Sequence record: KC821629.1
Length of the DNA: 32,000 nucleotides
Source: Cellulophaga phage phi38:2
Reading direction: 5' to 3' (one strand)
How positions within the stretch are numbered: the first letter of the stretch is position 1; each line of letters starts with the position of its first letter. This document shows positions 26,877 through 32,000 of this stretch, piece after piece. The notes beneath the pieces are model-generated. The model made no database searches. It worked only from the letters and a program-made list of their open reading frames with translations, and had not been told where the DNA came from. The position numbers and the translations under genes are program-made.

Positions 26877-27171
26877 TTGTTTTGTTTTTACTTAAATACT
26901 TCAATTGTTTCTTAGCTAACTTCTTGTTAACCATATTGTTTATCTTTCTACTGCTTAAAATGATTTCAAGAGCTTTCATTTGTATTTTAACATCAGCAGC
27001 TTCAAGGTAAACATCATTAAGCCTTTTCTTTTTATCTAGTTTAGTTGGGCATTTTAGCTGCATGATTGCTAAAGCTAACTCAATGCATTCCTCAGCTACC
27101 TTATCAAAAGTACTATCCTCTCCATTTAACTTAATAAGCTCTTTTATTATTTTAAGGTTCTTGTTTCTCAT
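26803..27171 (-). CDS. MazG-like NTP pyrophosphohydrolase-like protein
   Basis: 122 aa; FDKVAEECIELALAIMQL...VYLEAADVKIQMKAL matches ExxE..ExxD helix pattern. Confidence 0.6.
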   Translation of the reverse strand: MRNKNLKIIKELIKLNGEDSTFDKVAEECIELALAIMQLKCPTKLDKKKRLNDVYLEAADVKIQMKALEIILSSRKINNMVNKKLAKKQLKYLSKNKTNEKDILPSRRPSKRQDVVKSKRKK

Positions 27172-27325
27172 CAGTCACTAATATTACAGATTTAAAGTAA
27201 CAGCATAATCCAATAAGACCTATGCAGTACGAAAATTCATTGCTGGTTGCTTGATGATTTAGCGAATAAATAGCTGCTAATATTAAAAGAAACCCAGTTA
27301 TTAAAAGAAAAATTGATGTTTTCAT
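27152..27325 (-). CDS. possible 57-aa membrane protein MKTSIFLLITGFLLILAAIYSLNHQATSNEFSYCIGLIGLCCYFKSVILVTDEKQEP
   Basis: hand-translated; two hydrophobic segments; overlaps next ORF start. Confidence 0.5.
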   Translation of the reverse strand: MKTSIFLLITGFLLILAAIYSLNHQATSNEFSYCIGLIGLCCYFKSVILVTDEKQEP

Positions 27326-27355
27326 AGTTTATTTATTTAAAGGTTGGCAAATTTT

Positions 27356-27631
27356 TTATTTTACAATTACTTCGTAAAAATCATTTCCGTCAGAGCATTC
27401 AACTATGTCTAAAAAATCATTTAAACTACCATCTTCAGTTTCTTCGATATAAGTATCGTAATCACAAACTTCTTTTAAATGCTCAATAATCTGAACAGCA
27501 GTCATTTCATACAATTTAGCTGAGTCAGCGAATTCTCCTGCTGGTTGAATAGAAAGAATTAAATTTTCATTCGTATTATCAATTAATTCTGATAATGTAA
27601 TTTTCGATAAAGGTGTTGGTAAGTTTGACAT
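27356..27631 (-). CDS. hypothetical acidic protein
   Basis: 91 aa; directly downstream of promoter copy. Confidence 0.65.
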   Translation of the reverse strand: MSNLPTPLSKITLSELIDNTNENLILSIQPAGEFADSAKLYEMTAVQIIEHLKEVCDYDTYIEETEDGSLNDFLDIVECSDGNDFYEVIVK

Positions 27632-27663
27632 AATATTGTTTTTTTTAATTGTTATCTACTCAG

Positions 27664-27704
27664 CAAATATATGAAAACATATTGGTTATGCAAAACTTTT
27701 TGCA
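27664..27704 (-). promoter_or_regulatory. Bacteroidetes-type promoter with palindromic operator
   Basis: TGCAAAAAGTTTTGCA (27704-27689), TTTTG-N19-TATATTTG (-7 box 27671-27664). Confidence 0.8.
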
Positions 27705-27739
27705 ATTATTTTTTATTTCTTTTTTGAGCTGCTGATTGC

Positions 27740-28405
27740 TTAGATAGTTTTAAACTTAACTTTGTAATCTTCATCAATATAAACTTTATCTCCTTTAATA
27801 GTTTTCATACTTTTAATGTAGTAAAGCTTCTCACCTTTAACTAAGCTAAATAAAACTCCAGAAGATTCTAATTTGAATTCTACTTCCGATACACTATCAT
27901 CAACTTCAAGGTAGTTTCTTATTTCTTGAGCTCCTAATCTATAACACTTCTTACCTTTAACACCAGCTTCAATAAGTTTAGAGAATTTATTTTGGTTATC
28001 ATTAATTTCTTCATCTCCAATGCTTTCAATTCTAAAGTGCCTAATGTTGCTTTTCATGCGCTTATCCGTGCGTTCATGTTTACTTAGTGCTTTACCTAAT
28101 CTAATCTTAGAAAGCTTGAGATTACTAGTGCTTAGTCCTCCTGAAAGCTTTAAAGTTTCTTCAAGCTCATGCATAACTTGAACAGTTGACATATCTCTCC
28201 AACTGTGACTTTCAGTAGTTGCAAGGGTTACAAAATCAATAACTAGCTTCTCTTCAAAGCTTTCAGGTACAGATGAATTTTCGTCAAGCTTAGGGTTAAG
28301 CTTTATTCTTTCCTCTAGATCTTTTAGTGCTTTTGAGCTAAACAAAGTATCAGAAACCCACTCCTTTAGAAGTGCGCTATTTATTAAATTTTTAATTTCT
28401 GTCAT
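27740..28405 (-). CDS. hypothetical protein
   Basis: 221 aa ORF; includes SKLRLGKALSKHERTDKRMKSNIRHF, similar to VirE-like C-terminal segment SPLGKALSKHAVNKKMSNGIQNY. Confidence 0.65.
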   Translation of the reverse strand: MTEIKNLINSALLKEWVSDTLFSSKALKDLEERIKLNPKLDENSSVPESFEEKLVIDFVTLATTESHSWRDMSTVQVMHELEETLKLSGGLSTSNLKLSKIRLGKALSKHERTDKRMKSNIRHFRIESIGDEEINDNQNKFSKLIEAGVKGKKCYRLGAQEIRNYLEVDDSVSEVEFKLESSGVLFSLVKGEKLYYIKSMKTIKGDKVYIDEDYKVKFKTI

Positions 28406-28721
28406 CCTGGTACTGCTTTAAGGTTTTAGTAATAAATTCTAATTGATCTTCGCTAATTGTTGAAAAGTTATAGTCTCTTAAATATCTAAGGTTTTGTTGA
28501 ACTTTAAACCTAGAAATCAACGCAGGCGTCTCTAATTCATAAGTGCTCCACAAGCTTGAAGAAATCAATCTAGCCATTCCATCATTTGTATTTATGCTGA
28601 ATCTAGCTCCTTTTTTGCATACTGCTAAAGTTTTAGTAGTTCTTTCAACTATGTGAATACAATTAATTTGTCCGTGTGATGTATTGTAGATTTTATCACC
28701 CACTTCAAGTTTCCTTCTCAT
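28392..28721 (-). CDS. hypothetical protein
   Basis: 109 aa; VGDKIYNTSHGQINCIHIVERTTKTLAVCKKGARFSIN beta-rich. Confidence 0.6.
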   Translation of the reverse strand: MRRKLEVGDKIYNTSHGQINCIHIVERTTKTLAVCKKGARFSINTNDGMARLISSSLWSTYELETPALISRFKVQQNLRYLRDYNFSTISEDQLEFITKTLKQYQDDRN

Positions 28722-28840
28722 TACAATAAGTATAAAACTAAAGCAACCACGAAAGAAGCTGCTGTAGAAATTAATACTAGTCTATAAAGTTTACATGCAG
28801 CTCTATGAGATAATTCTGCGTTTAATAATAATTTTTTCAT
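28721..28840 (-). CDS. possible 39-aa membrane protein MKKLLLNAELSHRAACKLYRLVLISTAASFVVALVLYLL
   Basis: hand-translated; stop overlaps next start (TAATG). Confidence 0.45.
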   Translation of the reverse strand: MKKLLLNAELSHRAACKLYRLVLISTAASFVVALVLYLL

Positions 28841-28851
28841 GGTATTAAATT

Positions 28852-29166
28852 TTAAAGGTTGTGGCTTGATAAGTTTTTGCATAGAACTCTATAGTGTTCT
28901 ATAGTGAATTTTTGAAGCCTATCAACCGTGACTAAAGCATTAGCTTCAGCTATACTTATTTCTTTAAAGTACTCACACTTTTTGATTTCTTTTTGTTCTA
29001 AAAGATAGCTGATAAGTGACTTATGTTTTTCAGGAAGACAATCTATTCTGTCTTTATAGATTTTCAAAGACCTACCAGTCAAGGAGATTATTATGTTAAA
29101 ATACGCTCCTTGTTGTTTGTTGTACTGGTAAATATTTATTCTTACTTTGATTTTTCGCTTTGACAT
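28852..29166 (-). CDS. hypothetical protein
   Basis: 104 aa; downstream of promoter copy. Confidence 0.6.
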   Translation of the reverse strand: MSKRKIKVRINIYQYNKQQGAYFNIIISLTGRSLKIYKDRIDCLPEKHKSLISYLLEQKEIKKCEYFKEISIAEANALVTVDRLQKFTIEHYRVLCKNLSSHNL

Positions 29167-29207
29167 ATCTTTCCTTTATTTTATTTGATTTAGTTAGCTC
29201 TACTCAG

Positions 29208-29248
29208 CAAATATACAAGAACATATTGGTTATGCAAAACTTTTTGCA
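29208..29248 (-). promoter_or_regulatory. Bacteroidetes-type promoter with palindromic operator
   Basis: TGCAAAAAGTTTTGCA (29248-29233), TTTTG-N19-TATATTTG (-7 box 29215-29208). Confidence 0.8.
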
Positions 29249-29256
29249 ATTATTTT

Positions 29257-29787
29257 TTAAAAGTTTTTTGAATCAACTATAAATGTAACACAAGGAAGCT
29301 CGCTATCCAGTTGTCTATGCTTGACAAATGTTATTTTGATACGTCCGTAATTACTATTTCTAAGAGTGAATAATACTTTGTTTTCAGACTGTTCAACAAG
29401 TCTCATATTTAATCGCTCCAATGTAAGGTTGTAGTCTCTAATAAGTTTGTTGATAAGAAAATTTGATTGATTATCAAACAACCTATGAGCATTATTTAAG
29501 TTAATACGCTTGATTGTTTCAACTCTTTTCGCTGACGCCTCCATTAGCTTCAGCGTTTCAACTCTTCTATCAAATAAGGTTTTAGCTTCTTTATAACCTG
29601 GATTACTTTCACTCATATTCAAGTGCAAGAAGTAATCAATAGCTTTTTTAAAACGCTTTCTCCTGTCTAAATTGTCAGCTTCAGCCCATAGCGTGTAGTC
29701 TTTTAAATACTCCTCTCTAATATCAACAAAAGCTATTTCAAATATACGCCATAACTTCTGTCTTAATTTGATTTCTTGCGTGTTCAT
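29257..29787 (-). CDS. hypothetical protein
   Basis: 176 aa ORF. Confidence 0.6.
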   Translation of the reverse strand: MNTQEIKLRQKLWRIFEIAFVDIREEYLKDYTLWAEADNLDRRKRFKKAIDYFLHLNMSESNPGYKEAKTLFDRRVETLKLMEASAKRVETIKRINLNNAHRLFDNQSNFLINKLIRDYNLTLERLNMRLVEQSENKVLFTLRNSNYGRIKITFVKHRQLDSELPCVTFIVDSKNF

Positions 29788-29790
29788 GTC

Positions 29791-29946
29791 TTATTTGTTT
29801 TTATTTAATGTATTCACTTTTACAACTTTGAAACATTTAGCAGCCCCGCCTAACGAATCATATAAATCTAAAGCTCCTTGAATATCTAATACTAAAGCTT
29901 TACCACTGAAGTTTAAATCACCATCTAAGTTTATTACTGAATACAT
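29791..29946 (-). CDS. possible 51-aa ORF MYSVINLDGDLNFSGKALVLDIQGALDLYDSLGGAAKCFKVVKVNTLNKNK
   Basis: hand-translated; just downstream of -7 box and conserved leader. Confidence 0.5.
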   Translation of the reverse strand: MYSVINLDGDLNFSGKALVLDIQGALDLYDSLGGAAKCFKVVKVNTLNKNK

Positions 29947-29959
29947 ATTGTTTTTTTTA

Positions 29960-30018
29960 ATTGTTATCTACTCAGCAAATATATAAACCTTTACTGGTTA
30001 AAAAAAACTTTTAAGCAA
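29960..30018 (-). promoter_or_regulatory. degenerate promoter copy lacking the palindrome
   Basis: conserved leader aattgttatctactcag and -7 box TATATTTG (29983-29976) but palindrome lost. Confidence 0.55.
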
Positions 30019-30035
30019 TTATTTTTAAAATTATT

Positions 30036-30503
30036 TTATACGTTATGTAATATTTCTATTTTTTCTAACTCTTGCTTATCAATTCCTGAAGCTAAAAGAA
30101 ACTTCCTAACTCTGACCATATTCACTATGCAGATGTCCTCAAAACGAGTGCCAGCTGCCTTGCTTGTGTTAATAACTAATAAATTATACTGAGCTAGTAT
30201 TTCGTCTTTCAACGATACTTTCTGAGTGATCTGATTACTAGAATCTTTTTCAACAACTACAGTTTTAACAACATCAACAACGTCACAATATGTACAATAA
30301 TTGTCAAGGTCTTGCTTGCTTAGTTTCACTTTAATTGATTTCATTCCTCTACTAACTTCGTTGAATAAATGCTCAAAACATTCTGTTCTAGAATCTATTT
30401 CTACAGTAAAAGAGTCTTCTGTTTCCTCTATAGTTTCACTAGCGAAAGCTATATTGTTAGCTCTTAAGTAATATCTGAAATTGTGTTTTTTAGCGTAATT
30501 CAT
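30036..30503 (-). CDS. hypothetical protein
   Basis: 155 aa ORF. Confidence 0.6.
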   Translation of the reverse strand: MNYAKKHNFRYYLRANNIAFASETIEETEDSFTVEIDSRTECFEHLFNEVSRGMKSIKVKLSKQDLDNYCTYCDVVDVVKTVVVEKDSSNQITQKVSLKDEILAQYNLLVINTSKAAGTRFEDICIVNMVRVRKFLLASGIDKQELEKIEILHNV

Positions 30504-30507
30504 AGCT

Positions 30508-31083
30508 TTATAAATTGTTTGTTTGTATGTATGATTCCATTAGTTCCTCCATTAACTCTTCGTTAAGAGTTTGTTCCATTATGCAATCATTACTTCTTAG
30601 TATTGCTATTAATTGAGGCTTATTAAGACCCAACGTTGCAGCTTGCTCAACTAACTTTGGCGTTAGCATTGCTTTATATTTTAAAATGCTGACACAGGCT
30701 TTTGTTTTGTTTGTTGCAGCAGACATAACTTTTCCTTCAAACTGCTTCTTAGGTCTTTGGTACGGAGTTCTTATTATACTAGCTTCTTTATTTATCTGTG
30801 ATTTCGATGTTCTTAGCTGCATTGAAAAAGGCAACGTAATAAGCTCTTCAGTTTTAGTGATTTTGTAGACCCTCATGTATTTACGCTGTTCACTCCAGTA
30901 TTGCGCGACTGCATAGTTTTCTGAATCTTTATTACAAAAGAAATCAATTTCCTGTTCAACTTGCTCTAGAGTTTTTATTGATGCATTCGTTTCTCCTTGT
31001 GACTTTCTACATGTAATGTCAGAAAATGAACCTGATGCATGCTTGATGATGTAATGAAAGTCTTTTGTTTTGATGTTTGACAT
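30508..31083 (-). CDS. hypothetical protein
   Basis: 191 aa ORF. Confidence 0.6.
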   Translation of the reverse strand: MSNIKTKDFHYIIKHASGSFSDITCRKSQGETNASIKTLEQVEQEIDFFCNKDSENYAVAQYWSEQRKYMRVYKITKTEELITLPFSMQLRTSKSQINKEASIIRTPYQRPKKQFEGKVMSAATNKTKACVSILKYKAMLTPKLVEQAATLGLNKPQLIAILRSNDCIMEQTLNEELMEELMESYIQTNNL

Positions 31084-31086
31084 AAT

Positions 31087-31368
31087 TTAGTCTTTATATA
31101 TTAATGATAAGTTTAACGCATTTCCTTTTCGCTTTACTTTAAGCGTTCCAATCCTGTTTGAATTATAACTAAGGATGAATTTTGAATCATCTTCTCCTTT
31201 ACAAGGAACTTCAAGCAAATCTACTAACATGTGGTCGTAACCTCTATAACCTCCATGCTCTATTACTTGCTTTAAAAACGTATCTCTTAAACGCTCATAA
31301 GTTAATTGTCTTTGTTCCTTGTTGTATGAAAAGATGTCTTCGTGCTTGATTTGTATTAATGTTGACAT
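31087..31368 (-). CDS. hypothetical protein
   Basis: 93 aa ORF at the promoter-proximal end of the - strand array. Confidence 0.55.
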   Translation of the reverse strand: MSTLIQIKHEDIFSYNKEQRQLTYERLRDTFLKQVIEHGGYRGYDHMLVDLLEVPCKGEDDSKFILSYNSNRIGTLKVKRKGNALNLSLIYKD

Positions 31369-31369
31369 A

Positions 31370-31920
31370 GTTGTATGTATTGTATGTAATTATTTATAAT
31401 GCGAATTTAAAACATAGAAACGATATACGCAAATATATTTGTAATATATGCATGTATATACGTAAAAAATGTAGATAGAACACCTGCAATCTAGTATAAA
31501 TGGCTGTAAATAAAATGATTTAATACAGTAAATTACATACAACACATACAATTTAGTGGAGGACATGGCTATTTTCTAATATAACCCCACTGAATATATG
31601 GGTAATAAACTAGGTATCTAAGACAGTTTAGTGGAGTAGTGGAGTAAATACAATAAAGACTAGAAGTTATAATAGCTTATACTATTACTATATTGTAGTA
31701 TAACTTAATTATATAAAAACGTATTTTCACTCCTACTCCACTTCTACCTCTATACATGTATAATTACATACAACGCATACAACATACAACGCACAACACT
31801 AGAAGCAAGCGTTAATAATTGTGTGCTTAATTACATACAACTATTATATAATTGTATGCTTACTTATATACATACAACACATACAACTACACACACTACA
31901 GTGGTATGTATTGTATGTAA
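31370..31920. repeat. noncoding region with dispersed direct/inverted copies of AATTACATACAAC/ACATACAAC
   Basis: copies at 31371-31391 (inverted), 31531-31551, 31762-31796, 31829-31841, 31870-31887 and 31904-31921 (inverted). Confidence 0.75.
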
Positions 31921-32000
31921 TACCTTTTAGTTACTTCGACAGCTTTCCTAGACTCATGCAATATGTTACGTCCTGCAGAAGTCGGAGGCTTTACACACAT

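Noticed and set aside
7847-31368. Defence island or toxin-antitoxin system among the small hypothetical ORFs
   Set aside because: No recognisable toxin, nuclease-effector or antitoxin motif pairs could be supported; the genes look like ordinary phage early genes.

Overview
The window is an AT-rich fragment of a tailed phage genome or prophage. Several copies of a TTTTG-N19/20-TATATTTG promoter, plus the gene types present, point to a Bacteroidetes/Flavobacteriia host; this is inference. Bases 1-7860 (+ strand) encode a Mu-like contractile-tail baseplate module: gp25-like fragment, gpJ-like, gp48/YmfQ-like, two fibre-like proteins with paralogous N-termini, circularisation-like, gpP-like hub and spike. 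Bases 7847-31368 (- strand) encode replication and recombination genes (VRR-NUC-like, SSB-like, SF2 helicase, YqaJ-type exonuclease, annealase-like, primase N-half, sliding clamp, VirE-type helicase, Toprim-like protein) and a 7-deazaguanine DNA-modification pathway (FolE, QueD, QueE, QueC, QueF, DpdA-like). The most interesting observations are: (1) the preQ1-level pathway is encoded beside a ParB-like protein and a Cys-cluster (YkgJ-like) protein that both end in VNLF, resembling a beta-clamp-binding peptide, and downstream of them lies a phage-encoded clamp; (2) a family of - strand promoters carries a perfect TGCAAAA-N2-TTTTGCA palindrome at a fixed distance from the -7 box; (3) an A8 run in the YqaJ-type exonuclease gene may be a frameshift site giving a 63-aa extension; (4) SSB-like acidic tails occur on two proteins; (5) a 12-bp-stem leader hairpin precedes the Toprim gene; (6) a repeat-rich noncoding region lies at the right end. 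No tRNA, CRISPR array or transposon was identified by eye. All assignments come from motif reading only; no searches were run.
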